A stretch of 64,000 nt of DNA from an uncultured Pseudomonadota bacterium (GCA_963749075.1 CAVVLJ010000004.1:320001-384000); one strand, 5' to 3'; positions 29,116 to 39,983 are shown, numbered from the stretch's first letter. Numbers and translations: made by a program. The notes: generated by a model from the letters alone, not told the origin.

Positions 29116-29904
29116 ATGGAAACGCTCGCCCTCAAGCTCATCTTAACACCCGTCCTCGTGGGCGGCGCCAGCCTGGCGGGCCGGCGCTGGGGGCAGGCGA
29201 TCGGCGGCTGGCTCGTCGGCATGCCCTTCACCGCGGGTCCGGTTGCCTTCTTCATCGCACTCGACAACGGCGGCGCTTACGCTGCCGCGTCGGCGCGCGG
29301 CTCGCTCGCCGGCGCCGTCGCCGAAGCGGCCTTCACCCTCGCTTACGCCGCCGCGGCACGATACGGCACCTGGCCGCTAGCACTTTTCGCCGCCTCGCTC
29401 GCCTTTGCCGCCGCCGTGGCGGCGCTGGGCGCCTTCGCGCACGGCCTGGCGCTGACGCTCGCCCTAGCGCTCGCCGCGGTCGTGGGGGCATTGCTCATCC
29501 TCTCGAGCGGCGGGAGGGAGGCCGCGGCGGCTCCGCTCCCGCGCTGGGACCTGCCGCTCCGCATGGCGGCGGCGACCGCGGTCGTGCTGGCGCTCACCAG
29601 CGCCGTCCCCTTCCTCGGCCCGGCCTTAAGCGGCATCCTCGCCACCTACCCCGTGATCGCCGGCATCCTCACCGTCTTCGCCCACCGCCGCCAGGGTGCG
29701 GCGGCCGCCGTCGCGGTGCTGCGCGGCCTGCTCTACGGCCTCTTCGGCTTCATGGGTTTCTTCGTCGTCCTCGCCCTCCTCGTCGAGCGCGCGGGCACCG
29801 CGGCCGCTTTCGCGGCGGCGATGGTGGTCTCGCTCGCCCTCCAGGGCGCCTCGCTCCTCCTCGTGCGGCGCGAGCGCTTCAGCCCTTCGGATAGAGCCGC
29901 GTGA
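29116..29904 (+). CDS. Uncharacterised multi-pass membrane protein
   Basis: 262-aa hydrophobic ORF with many predicted helices; its 3' end overlaps the convergent purK. Confidence 0.7.
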   Translation: METLALKLILTPVLVGGASLAGRRWGQAIGGWLVGMPFTAGPVAFFIALDNGGAYAAASARGSLAGAVAEAAFTLAYAAAARYGTWPLALFAASLAFAAAVAALGAFAHGLALTLALALAAVVGALLILSSGGREAAAAPLPRWDLPLRMAAATAVVLALTSAVPFLGPALSGILATYPVIAGILTVFAHRRQGAAAAVAVLRGLLYGLFGFMGFFVVLALLVERAGTAAAFAAAMVVSLALQGASLLLVRRERFSPSDRAA

Positions 29905-30991
29905 CGTGGCCCATCTTGCGCCCGGGCTCCACCCGGGCCTTGCCGTAAAGATGCAGCTTGGCCTCGGGGTCCTCCAGGATGGCCAGCCAATCGTCGGCGG
30001 CGTGGCCGAGCAGGTTCTTCATGACCGCGTTCGCGTGACGCTCGGCCGAGCCGAGCGGCAGTCCGGCTATGGCGCGCACGAGCTGCTCGAACTGGCTCGT
30101 GATGCAGGCATCGATGGTCCAGTGCCCGGAGTTGTGCGGGCGGGGTGCCAGCTCGTTGACGAGGAGCCGCCCGTCGCGCGTGACGAAGAGCTCGACGGCG
30201 AGGAGGCCGGTCAGTTGAAGCGCCTCGGCGATGCGGCCTGCCAGCGCCGCCGCCTCGTCGAGCAGGCGCCTCTCGATGCGCGCCGGTGCGATGGTGGTGT
30301 CGAGGATGTGGTTGACGTGGCGGTTCTCGACCGCATCGTAGCTCGCGAGCGTGCCGTCCACGCCGCGCGCCACGATCACCGAGACCTCGCAACTGAAGTC
30401 GACGAAGGCCTCGAGGATGCCGCGCTCGGCACCCATCGCCGCCCAGGCGTCCGCCAGCGCCGTGCCGGGCCGGATCGCCACCTGGCCCTTGCCGTCATAG
30501 CCGAACATGGCGCGCTTGAGCACCGCCGGGCGGCCGAGCTCGCGGACGGCAGGGGCAAGCTCCTCGAGGCTCTCGACCTCGCGGTAGTCCACGGTGGGTG
30601 CTCCGATGCTCCGCAAGAAGTCCTTCTCGCGCTGGCGGTCTTGCGCTGTGTGGAGCGCCTTCCAGCCGGGCCGCACCGGCCGCTTGGCGGCGAGCCGCTC
30701 GACCGTCGCGGCCGGCACGTTCTCGAACTCGAAGGTAACGACGTCGACCGCCTCGGCAAAGGCATCGAGCGCCGCCGCGTCCTCGTAAGGGGCGATGGTG
30801 CGCGCGGCCGCCACCTGGAGCGCCGGCTCGTCCTCGCCCGTGCAATAGATGTGGCACTTGTAGCCGAGGCGGGCCGCCGCCAGCGCCGTCATGCGGCCGA
30901 GCTGGCCGCCGCCCAGGATGCCGATGGCGCTGCCGGGCGAGAGCGGCGCCTCGGCGGTGGCCGCCGCGGCCATGGGCGCGTCGGGACTCAT
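29879..30991 (-). CDS. purK: N5-carboxyaminoimidazole ribonucleotide synthase
   Basis: IGILGGGQLGRM, TFEFENVP, GYDGKGQ, NELAPRPHNSGH, RKMGHV. Confidence 0.97.
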   Translation of the reverse strand: MSPDAPMAAAATAEAPLSPGSAIGILGGGQLGRMTALAAARLGYKCHIYCTGEDEPALQVAAARTIAPYEDAAALDAFAEAVDVVTFEFENVPAATVERLAAKRPVRPGWKALHTAQDRQREKDFLRSIGAPTVDYREVESLEELAPAVRELGRPAVLKRAMFGYDGKGQVAIRPGTALADAWAAMGAERGILEAFVDFSCEVSVIVARGVDGTLASYDAVENRHVNHILDTTIAPARIERRLLDEAAALAGRIAEALQLTGLLAVELFVTRDGRLLVNELAPRPHNSGHWTIDACITSQFEQLVRAIAGLPLGSAERHANAVMKNLLGHAADDWLAILEDPEAKLHLYGKARVEPGRKMGHVTRLYPKG

Positions 30992-31037
30992 GCCTCGGGA
31001 CTCATGCTTCGGGACTCATGCTGCGGGACTCATGCTT
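30982..31037. repeat. 4 x 14-bp tandem repeat (CGGGACTCATGCyk) at the purE-purK junction
   Basis: cgggactcatgcct / cgggactcatgctt / cgggactcatgctg / cgggactcatgctt. Confidence 0.95.
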
Positions 31038-31599
31038 CGGCTGGGCGCTCCTCGACCGCCGCCGTCTGCCGCGCGCGGTAGGCCTCGAGCGCCGCCGCGA
31101 GCGCCGGGTCGGCGAGGGCCAGCATGGCGGTGGCAAGGAGTGCCGCGTTCACCGCACCGGCCTTGCCGATGGCGAGCGTGCCGACCGGAATGCCGGCCGG
31201 CATCTGCACGATCGAGAGCAGACTGTCGAGTCCGGATAGCGCCTTGCTCTCGACCGGCACGCCGAGCACCGGCAGCGCCGTGAGCGCCGCGGTCATGCCC
31301 GGAAGGTGGGCGGCACCGCCGGCGCCGGCGATGATCACCTTGATGCCGCGCGCCTTGGCGCTCTCGGCGTAAGCATAGAGCCGCTTGGGCGTGCGGTGGG
31401 CGGAGACGATGCGCGTCTCGTGGGCGACGCCGAGCGCCGTCAGCGTCACGGCCGCGTGGCGCATGGTCTCCCAATCCGATTGGCTGCCCATGACGATGCC
31501 GACCTTTGGGCCAACCTTTGGGCCAACCTTTGGGCCGACCGCCGCGGGCGGCACCACCTCCTTGGCCGCGGAGGATGTCTTCGCTCGCCGTGGCGTCAA
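31030..31599 (-). CDS. purE: N5-CAIR mutase
   Basis: [33 protein letters not shown]. Start assumed at TTG 31599 after GGAGAGGG. Confidence 0.96.
   Translation of the reverse strand: MTPRRAKTSSAAKEVVPPAAVGPKVGPKVGPKVGIVMGSQSDWETMRHAAVTLTALGVAHETRIVSAHRTPKRLYAYAESAKARGIKVIIAGAGGAAHLPGMTAALTALPVLGVPVESKALSGLDSLLSIVQMPAGIPVGTLAIGKAGAVNAALLATAMLALADPALAAALEAYRARQTAAVEERPAEA
31499..31540. repeat. 12-bp in-frame tandem repeat encoding (VGPK)x3 in the PurE N-terminus
   Basis: ccgacctttggg ccaacctttggg ccaacctttggg ccgacc. Confidence 0.9.
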
Positions 31600-31861
31600 T
31601 GCCCTCTCCCCGGCTCTCTCCTCCCGCCTTCCGCCGTGAAACCGGCTCCAGCCACGGGGCGCTGCGCTCGAGAGGAGGCGCAATTATAGGGATGGGGTTG
31701 CCTCTGGCAAGGGCAGCCGCCGTCTGGCAGTACCTGAATTAGGACAAGCGCTCGCTGGCATTGGAATGCATTAAGACTTGACTTGGGGCATGGCGCTTCA
31801 AATCAAGATGGCGCCCGCCGAATTTTTCGTTAACAATTTTAGGCGGTTTTGTGCTTAATGT

Positions 31862-32659
31862 GTGCCCGAAAAATTGCCCGGGGGCGGCGACACGGCTCGA
31901 GCGGCGCGCAATTTGTACAAGAGCCAACCGCGCATGATGATGGTTCAAGACAAAGGCGATCAGCCGCCAGGGGACGGGGAGAATTCGTCGCCGCGCTCGG
32001 CGCAACCCGAGTCCGGCGTGCGCGGGCAAGACTCCGAAGCCGATTTTGCCGCGCTCCTCGGCGTTCCCGCGAGCGGGCTCACCCCGGAGGTGCGGCAGGC
32101 CGTCGCCGGCCTCAGCGCCGAGGTCAAGACTCTGCGCCGGGAGCTCAGCGACGCCCACAGCAAGGTCGGCTACCTCGAGCGCCTCGCGGATCAGGACACG
32201 CTCGTTCCGGCGATCAACCGCCGCGCCTTCGCGCGCGAGCTCTCGCGCACCATGAGCTATGCGCGGCGCTACAATGTGCCGTGCAGCGTGCTCTACTTCG
32301 ACGTGAACGAGCTCAAGGAGATCAACGACGGCTTCGGCCATGCGGCGGGCGACGCGGCGCTTATCCATGTCGTCGAGATGCTCAATGCCTCGGTGCGCGA
32401 ATTCGACATCGTGGGCCGCCTCGGCGGCGACGAGTTCGGCGTCATCCTGGTGCACGTCGACGACAAGGGCGCTGCCGACAAGGCGGCGACGCTCGCCGCT
32501 GCCGTCGCAGGCAAGCCGCAGGTCTTTCGCGGCCACACCATCGCGGTCAGCGTCGCTTACGGCAGCTACCAGTTCCGTCCCGACGAGAACGTCGAGCACG
32601 CCATCGACCTGGCGGACAAGGCGATGTACGCGCGCAAGAGAAGCCTGCCGAACCGCTAG
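31862..32659 (+). CDS. Diguanylate cyclase (coiled coil plus GGDEF)
   Basis: DTL...NRRAF, GHAAGD, RxxD I-site (REFD), intact GGDEF. Start uncertain (alternatives near 31933-31939). Confidence 0.9.
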   Translation: MPEKLPGGGDTARAARNLYKSQPRMMMVQDKGDQPPGDGENSSPRSAQPESGVRGQDSEADFAALLGVPASGLTPEVRQAVAGLSAEVKTLRRELSDAHSKVGYLERLADQDTLVPAINRRAFARELSRTMSYARRYNVPCSVLYFDVNELKEINDGFGHAAGDAALIHVVEMLNASVREFDIVGRLGGDEFGVILVHVDDKGAADKAATLAAAVAGKPQVFRGHTIAVSVAYGSYQFRPDENVEHAIDLADKAMYARKRSLPNR

Positions 32660-32712
32660 CGCGCGCCGCTCTGCCGCCCTCCGCGCAGCAGCGCGGCCCC
32701 GGGGCTTCCTCG

Positions 32713-32937
32713 TCACGCGATGATGTCGGGGAGGAGCTCGCTCTCCAGCTTGGCGATCTGGTCCTTGAGCGCCAGCTTGCGCTTCTTGAGGCGCTGCATC
32801 ATCAGCTGGTCGTAGATGCCGCCTTCGCCCACCCGCGCGATGACCTCGTCGAGGTCGCGATGCTCGCTGCGGAGTGCCGCGAGGCGCTCCTTGAGCAACG
32901 TCAACTCCTCTTCGCTCAGGCGGCCGCCTTCCCCCAT
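32713..32937 (-). CDS. DUF465/YdcH family small coiled-coil protein
   Basis: EHRDLD..I, QRLKKRKLALKDQI, LPDIIA. Confidence 0.88.
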   Translation of the reverse strand: MGEGGRLSEEELTLLKERLAALRSEHRDLDEVIARVGEGGIYDQLMMQRLKKRKLALKDQIAKLESELLPDIIA

Positions 32938-33066
32938 CTCGTCCTCGTCGTGAGGAGAGGAAATCTTACAGGAGCGGGCGCTCCGGGGGAATGTCCGCGC
33001 GCGCCTCCCGTGCACGGCTTTGGCCGCCTTTGCCGCCGCGGTCGACCGCAGCAAAGCCGCCGCGCT

Positions 33067-33681
33067 ATGATCGCCGGAAACTCAGGCCTCGACGGGGCGC
33101 CCTTGGCTCAATTCCCGGCTTGCGAATTCTGGGATTTCTCCCTTGCCGTCTACGGCTCAAGGGGAGTGCCGGCCGCGTGTTTGGCGCTCCAGGAGCGCTA
33201 CCGGGCCAACGTCAATCTCCTGCTCTTCTGCTGTTGGCTGGGGGCGAGCGGGCGAGGCGCTCTCGGCGAGGCCGGCTTGACCGAGGCGCAAGCCGCGGCC
33301 GGCCGCTGGCACGCCGAGGTCGTGCGCGGCCTCCGCGCCGTGCGGAAGCTGCTCAAGGACGCCCACGGCCGGGCGCCGGGTGAGCTCGCAGAGGAGCTGC
33401 GCAAGAAGGTGGCGGCCGCCGAGCTCGAGGCGGAGCACATCGAGCAGCTCCTCCTCGCCGGCCTGGCGCCGCCGCCGGCACCCGGAGCGGCGTCCCGCTC
33501 CCCGCTCGAGCGCGCGGCGGACGCCGCGCGCGGCGCCGCGGCCTATCTTGCCGGCCTCGGAGCCGCCCTGGATGGCGCCGACCGGGACGCCCTCCTCGCT
33601 CTCCTCGCCGGGGTATTTCCAGCACTTGCGGGGGCGCCGCTCGCGGCCGTCCTCGCAGCGCTGCCGGTGCCTCCTCCATAG
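33067..33681 (+). CDS. TIGR02444/DUF2390 family protein
   Basis: FWDFSLAVY..GV..ACL.LQ....NVNLLLFCCW, ELEAEHIEQ. Confidence 0.82.
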   Translation: MIAGNSGLDGAPLAQFPACEFWDFSLAVYGSRGVPAACLALQERYRANVNLLLFCCWLGASGRGALGEAGLTEAQAAAGRWHAEVVRGLRAVRKLLKDAHGRAPGELAEELRKKVAAAELEAEHIEQLLLAGLAPPPAPGAASRSPLERAADAARGAAAYLAGLGAALDGADRDALLALLAGVFPALAGAPLAAVLAALPVPPP

Positions 33682-33894
33682 CCGCCCGGGAGCTGCCCGG
33701 GCAGGCGGCGGGCCGAGCGGGCCATGCCACCCCCGGCCCAGCGCATTCGACCATATTTAGCCGTAAAAATCGCCGAAACCCCCGAATTTGCGTGTGGCAA
33801 TGAGGCGCTGGCGCAGGGTGAAAAACCGGCGTAGCATTTTCGTGCGGTCGCAGCGCGGTCGCACTCGGACTCTTACGGCAGGAGGAGGTGTCCG

Positions 33895-34062
33895 GTGAAT
33901 GTCGCAGAGCGGATCGATGCCTTGAAGGCCAGACACGCGGCGCTCGACGCCGCCATCGAGGACGAAACGAATCGCCCGCTGCCCGATGCCACAAAAATCC
34001 ACGACCTCAAGCGCCAGAAGCTCAAGATCAAGGACGAGATGGCCCAGATCGGCCGACATTAG
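33895..34062 (+). CDS. DUF465/YdcH family small protein (55 aa, absent from the ORF track)
   Basis: GTG start after GGAGGAGG; MNVAERIDALKARHAALDAAIEDETNRPLPD...LKRQKLKIKDEM. Confidence 0.85.
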   Translation: MNVAERIDALKARHAALDAAIEDETNRPLPDATKIHDLKRQKLKIKDEMAQIGRH

Positions 34063-34148
34063 CCAAGCGCTTAGCCCCTTCGCGACGGCCGATGCCGCCC
34101 TGCGGGCCCGATTGCGGGCCTGCACGGGGCGGCATAATTTTTAGAGCG

Positions 34149-35789
34149 CTAGCCGAGCGCCTTGGCCTGCTCGCGCAGCACGTACTTCTGCACCTTGCCC
34201 GTCGAGGTCTTGGGCAGTGCTCCGAAGACGATGCTCCGCGGCGCCTTGTAATGGGCGATGTGCGCGCGGCAGAAGGCGATGAGCTCCTCGGCGCTGGCGT
34301 CGGCACCCGGCTTGAGCGTCACGAAGGCGCAAGGCGTCTCGCCCCACTTCGCGTCGGGGCGCGCGACCACCGCCGCCTCGAGCACCGCCGGGTGGCGGTA
34401 GAGCGCCTGCTCGACCTCGATCGTCGAGATGTTCTCGCCGCCCGAGATGATGATGTCCTTGGCGCGGTCCTTGAGCTCGATATAGCCGTCCGCGTGCCAG
34501 ACGCCGAGGTCGCCGGTATGGAACCAGCCGCCGGCAAAGGCCTCGGCCGTCGCTTTGGCGTTCTTGAGGTAACCCTTCATCACCGTGTTGCCGCGCATCA
34601 GCACCTCGCCCATGGTGGTGCCGTCGCGCGGCACCGGTGCCAGCGTCGCCGGGTCCGCCACCATGAGGCCTTCCATCACCGGATAGCGCACGCCCTGGCG
34701 CGCCTTGAGTGCCGCCTGCTCTTCGGCCGGCCGCCGGCTCCACTCCTCGTGCCAGGCGCAGACGACGCTGGGCCCATAGACCTCGGTCAGGCCGTAGACG
34801 TGGGTGACGTGGAAGCCCAGGCGCTCGATCGCCTCGAGCACCGCCGGCGGCGGCGGCGCTGCGGCGGTCATCACTTCGACGGTGCGGGGAAGCGGGCGGC
34901 GCTCCTCGGGGGGCGCATTGACGAGCATGTTGAGCACGATGGGAGCACCGCAGAGATGGCTCACCCCGTGCTCGGCGATGGCGTCGTAGATCGCCTTGGC
35001 CTCGACGCGGCGCAAGCACACGTGGGTGCCGGCCAGCGCCGTGATGGTCCAGGGGAAGCACCAGCCGTTGCAATGGAACATGGGCAGCGTCCAGAGATAG
35101 ACCGGGTGGCCGCGCAAGCCCCAGACGAGGATGTTGCCGAGCGCATTCAGATAGGCGCCGCGGTGGTGGTAGACGACGCCCTTGGGGTTGCCCGTGGTGC
35201 CCGAGGTGTAATTGAGGGTGATGGCCTGCCATTCGTCCTCGGGCGGACTCCAGGCAAAGTCGGGATCGCCCCCGGCGAGGAGGGCCTCGTAGTCGCTCTC
35301 GCCGAGGAGCGCTCCACCCGCCGCCGCCGGGTCGTCGATGTCGATGACCGGGATCTTGCGGCCGAGGATGGCCAGGGCCTTGGCGGCGACGGGCGAGAAT
35401 TCGCGGTCGGTGATGAGGAGCTTGGCCTCGCCGTGGGCGAGCGTGAAGGCAATCGTCTCGGCGTCGAGGCGCACGTTCAAGGCGTTGAGCACCGCACCCG
35501 CCATGGGCACGCCGAAGGCCGCCTCGAAGGCGGCCGGCACGTTGGGCGCCATGAGCGCCACCGTGTCGGAGCGCCCGATGCCGCGGCCTCTCAAAGCCGA
35601 GGCGAGCCGGCGGCAGCGCGCATAGCTCTCGGCCCAGGTCCAGCTGCGGTTGCCGTGCACGACGGCGGTGCGGCCCGGATGCACGGCGGCCGCGCGCTCG
35701 ATGAAGCCGAGCGGCGAGAGGGCAGCGAAGTTCGCCGCGTTCTTCTGCAGGTCCTCTTCGTACGGACTGCCCGCCTCGCGCTCTTTCAC
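34149..35789 (-). CDS. Acyl-CoA synthetase (medium-chain/DmdB-like AMP-binding enzyme)
   Basis: NYTSGTTGNPKG, PMFHCNGW, YGLTE, DRAKDIIISGGENIS. GTG start after GGAGAG. Confidence 0.9.
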   Translation of the reverse strand: MKEREAGSPYEEDLQKNAANFAALSPLGFIERAAAVHPGRTAVVHGNRSWTWAESYARCRRLASALRGRGIGRSDTVALMAPNVPAAFEAAFGVPMAGAVLNALNVRLDAETIAFTLAHGEAKLLITDREFSPVAAKALAILGRKIPVIDIDDPAAAGGALLGESDYEALLAGGDPDFAWSPPEDEWQAITLNYTSGTTGNPKGVVYHHRGAYLNALGNILVWGLRGHPVYLWTLPMFHCNGWCFPWTITALAGTHVCLRRVEAKAIYDAIAEHGVSHLCGAPIVLNMLVNAPPEERRPLPRTVEVMTAAAPPPPAVLEAIERLGFHVTHVYGLTEVYGPSVVCAWHEEWSRRPAEEQAALKARQGVRYPVMEGLMVADPATLAPVPRDGTTMGEVLMRGNTVMKGYLKNAKATAEAFAGGWFHTGDLGVWHADGYIELKDRAKDIIISGGENISTIEVEQALYRHPAVLEAAVVARPDAKWGETPCAFVTLKPGADASAEELIAFCRAHIAHYKAPRSIVFGALPKTSTGKVQKYVLREQAKALG

Positions 35790-35841
35790 GATCTCGCTCT
35801 CTCCATTGGGACGCACGGCATGCGACACCCTCGCCTGAGTC

Positions 35842-35951
35842 CTCATCCTTCGAGACGCAATCCTTCGGATTGCTCCTCGAGGATGAGGACTCGGGCGGCG
35901 GAGTTTCGCCTCATCCTGAGGAGGTGCGAAGCACCGTCTCGAAGGATGAGG
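35842..35951. repeat. REP-like palindromic doublet, family C (CCTCATCCTGAGGAG...TCTCGAAGGA)
   Basis: Two inverted units between divergent CoA ligase genes; same motif at 39162-39273. Confidence 0.8.
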
Positions 35952-36071
35952 TGAAACTGACGCACTCTGCCACAATCCGCCTTGGCAAGGGAGGCGCTTT
36001 GCGGGTATTGCTCGGGCCGCTAGGGGAGAGAGGGCGGAGAGAAAACGCGGCCCGCGCCAAAGGAGCCCGGC

Positions 36072-37988
36072 ATGTCCAGTCGCTTCGATGCCGTCTACGA
36101 GCGCTCGCTCGGCGATCCCGAGGGCTTCTGGGCCGAGGCCGCGGAGGGGGTGCACTGGTACAAGAGGTGGGACAAGGTCCTCGACGCCGGCAATCCGCCC
36201 TTCTACCGCTGGTTCCGCGGCGGGCTCGTCAATACCTGCTACAACGCGCTCGACCGCCACGTGGAGGCCGGCCGCGGCGGCGACACGGCGCTCATCTACG
36301 ACAGTCCGGTCACGCACACCGTCATGCGCTACGGCTTTCGCGAGCTGCGCGACCTCGTGGCGCGCTTCGCGGGCGCGCTCGGCGCTCTCGGCATCGGCCG
36401 CGGCGACCGCGTCCTCATCTATATGCCGATGGTGCCGGAGGCGGCCATCGCCATGCTCGCCTCGGCGCGCATCGGCGCCATCCACTCGGTCGTCTTCGGC
36501 GGCTTCGCGGCGAACGAGCTCGCCGTACGCATCGACGACGCCAAGCCCAAGGCGATCGTGTCCGCCTCCTGCGGCATCGAGGCCGGGCGCGTCGTCGCCT
36601 ACAAGCCGCTCCTCGACGAGGCGATGCTCATCGCCGCCCACAAGCCCGCCCATGCCGTCATCCTGCAGCGCCCGCAGGCGACGGCCGGGATGGTGGCCAA
36701 GCGCGATGTCGACTGGGCGGAGGCGCTGGCAGCTGCCAAGCCGGTGCCTTGCGTTCCGGTCGAGGCGACCGACCCGCTCTACATCCTCTACACCTCGGGC
36801 ACCACGGGCCAGCCCAAGGGCATCGTGCGCGACAACGGCGGCCATCTCGTGGCGCTCAACTGGTCGATGAAGAACGTCTACGGCATCGAGCCCGGCGAAG
36901 TCTATTGGGCGGCCTCCGACGTGGGCTGGGTGGTCGGCCACTCCTACATCGTCTATGCCCCCTTGATCCACGGCAACACAACGGTGCTCTACGAGGGGAA
37001 GCCGGTCGGCACGCCGGACGCCGGCGCCTACTGGCGCGTCATCTCCGAGCACAAGGTGGCGGCCCTCTTCACGGCACCCACCGCGTTCCGCGCCATCAAG
37101 CGCGAGGACCCCGAGGGCAAGCTCATCCGCGGCTACGATCTCGCGGCCTTCCGCACGCTCTTCCTCGCCGGCGAGCGCGCCGACCCCGACACGGTCCAGT
37201 GGGCCGAGCGCCATCTCAAGGTCCCGGTCATCGATCACTGGTGGCAGACTGAGACGGGCTGGGCGATCGCCGCCAATTGCATGGGCATCGAGCATCTCAA
37301 GGTGAAGTACGGCTCGCCCACCCGTGCCGTGCCCGGCTACGACGTGCGCGTGCTCGATCCCGAAGGTGCGGAGATGAAGCGCGGGGCGATCGGCGCCATC
37401 GCGGTCAAGCTGCCGCTGCCGCCGGGCTCGCTGCTCACCCTGTGGAACGCGGACGAGCGCTACAAGGCGGCCTATCTCGCGCGCTACCCCGGCTATTACG
37501 AGACGGGCGATGCCGGCTACATGGACGAGGACGGCTATATCTACGTGATGGCGCGCACCGACGACATCATCAACGTGGCCGGCCACCGCCTCTCCACGGG
37601 TGCCATGGAGGAGGTGCTCTCCGACCATCCCGACGTGGCCGAGTGCGCGGTGATCGGCGTCGCCGACGCGCTCAAGGGCCAGGTGCCGCTCGGCTTCCTC
37701 GTGCTCAAGGCCGGCGTGGCGCGGCCGCCCCAGGAGATCGTGGCGGAGGTGGTGAGGATGGTGCGCGAGCGCATCGGCCCCGTCGCCGCCTTCAAGAGTG
37801 CCGCCGTGGTGCCGCGCCTGCCTAAGACGCGCTCCGGCAAGATCCTGCGCGGCACCATGCAGAAGATCGCCGACAACGCGCCCTACAAGGTGCCGGCCAC
37901 CATCGACGACCCCGGAGCCCTCCCCGACATCGAGACGGCGCTCGACGAGCTCGGCTATGCCAAGGGACGCGCGGCCGAAGTGCCCTGA
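36072..37988 (+). CDS. prpE: Propionyl-CoA synthetase
   Basis: YILYTSGTTGQPKGIVRDNGGH, SDVGWVVGHSYIVY, DHWWQTETG, LPKTRSGKILR. Confidence 0.9.
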   Translation: MSSRFDAVYERSLGDPEGFWAEAAEGVHWYKRWDKVLDAGNPPFYRWFRGGLVNTCYNALDRHVEAGRGGDTALIYDSPVTHTVMRYGFRELRDLVARFAGALGALGIGRGDRVLIYMPMVPEAAIAMLASARIGAIHSVVFGGFAANELAVRIDDAKPKAIVSASCGIEAGRVVAYKPLLDEAMLIAAHKPAHAVILQRPQATAGMVAKRDVDWAEALAAAKPVPCVPVEATDPLYILYTSGTTGQPKGIVRDNGGHLVALNWSMKNVYGIEPGEVYWAASDVGWVVGHSYIVYAPLIHGNTTVLYEGKPVGTPDAGAYWRVISEHKVAALFTAPTAFRAIKREDPEGKLIRGYDLAAFRTLFLAGERADPDTVQWAERHLKVPVIDHWWQTETGWAIAANCMGIEHLKVKYGSPTRAVPGYDVRVLDPEGAEMKRGAIGAIAVKLPLPPGSLLTLWNADERYKAAYLARYPGYYETGDAGYMDEDGYIYVMARTDDIINVAGHRLSTGAMEEVLSDHPDVAECAVIGVADALKGQVPLGFLVLKAGVARPPQEIVAEVVRMVRERIGPVAAFKSAAVVPRLPKTRSGKILRGTMQKIADNAPYKVPATIDDPGALPDIETALDELGYAKGRAAEVP

Positions 37989-38017
37989 GCAAGCCCGCCG
38001 CCCAAGGAGAAGGGATC

Positions 38018-38971
<954 letters not shown>

Positions 38972-39026
38972 CGGAGACGGCGGCAGGGGAGAGCGCTTCC
39001 CACTCAAGTGGAATCGCTGCTCCAGT

Positions 39027-39336
39027 CGTCATTCCCGCGAAAGCGGGAATCCATCGGCCCTGGACCCCCGCTTTCGCGCTAGTTGATGCACACAATTTCT
39101 AAGATCACCGGCAAATCATGATGTTGCGCGCTGCAAAGGGGCCTCGGACCGGCCGCGGTGCGTCCTTCGAGACGCTCGCTACGCTCGCTCCTCAGGATGA
39201 GGAAAAGTCTTTCTGCCACACACAGATTTGCCTCATCCTGAGGAGCGCCCCGAAGGGGCGCGTCTCGAAGGACCCACGGCGGATTTGCAAGCCCCCTCAA
39301 GATGTGTGCATCTGCTAGCACTTTCGCGGGGGTGAC
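39027..39336. repeat. Family B REP doublet split by an inserted MITE
   Basis: GTCATTCCCGCGAAAGCGGGAATCCA...TGGACCCCCGCTTTCG [insert] CTTTCGCGGGGGTGAC. Confidence 0.8.
39077..39320. mobile_element. 244-bp MITE-like element containing a family C REP doublet
   Basis: 18-bp terminal inverted repeats (15/18 match), flanked by a direct repeat CTTTCG at 39071-39076 and 39321-39326. Confidence 0.75.
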
Positions 39337-39374
39337 GGGAGAGGCGGTTCCACCTAATCGGGATATTCTCTAGC

Positions 39375-39983
39375 TTACGGTGCCGCCTTCTCCTCGTCCG
39401 CCGCCGTCACCGCCGCGACGGCAGCCGTGGCGGAAGCCTCGCTCTCGGCCGCCAGCTTGCGCAGGCGCTCGCGGGCGCGCTGCACGGCCTTCTCGAGCTC
39501 GTCGTTGCTGCAGAGGCCGAGCAGCACCGGGCTCTGGGGCCGGATGTTGGGCGTGTTCCAATGGCTGCGGTCGCGCACCGCCTGGATGGTGTGCTTGGTG
39601 GTGCCGACGAGCTTGGTGATCTGCGCGTCGGTGAGCTCCGGGTGGTTCTTCAAGAGCCAGGCGATGGCGTCGGGGCGGTCGCTGCGCTTGGCGACCGGCG
39701 TGTAGCGCGCCCCCTTGGTGCGCGCCTCAGGGAGCGGGATCGACGGCACCGCGAGCTGGAGCCGGTACTCGGGATCGGCCTCGCCCTTGCCGATCTCCCC
39801 CTTGGCGAGCTGGCCGTTGGCCACCGGATCGAGGCCGTGCATGCCGCCGACCACCTCGCCGTCGGCGATCGCCTGCACCTCGAGCTCGTGGAGCCCGCAA
39901 TATTCGGCGATCTGCTTGAAGGTGAGCGTGGTGTTCTCGACGAGCCAAACGGCGGTGGCCTTCGGCATGAGCGGTTGCGCCAT
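39375..39983 (-). CDS. trcR: DUF1013 cell-cycle transcriptional regulator TrcR
   Basis: PLMPKATAVWLVENTTLTFKQIA..GLHELEV, RYTPV..R.DRPDAIAW. Confidence 0.88.
   Translation of the reverse strand: MAQPLMPKATAVWLVENTTLTFKQIAEYCGLHELEVQAIADGEVVGGMHGLDPVANGQLAKGEIGKGEADPEYRLQLAVPSIPLPEARTKGARYTPVAKRSDRPDAIAWLLKNHPELTDAQITKLVGTTKHTIQAVRDRSHWNTPNIRPQSPVLLGLCSNDELEKAVQRARERLRKLAAESEASATAAVAAVTAADEEKAAP

Noticed and set aside
30982-31037. CRISPR-like array
   Set aside because: The units are 14 bp, contiguous and spacer-free, and there are no cas genes.
31765-31860. CtrA box upstream of the diguanylate cyclase
   Set aside because: Only TTAA/TTAAC half-sites occur; there is no TTAA-N7-TTAAC spacing on either strand.
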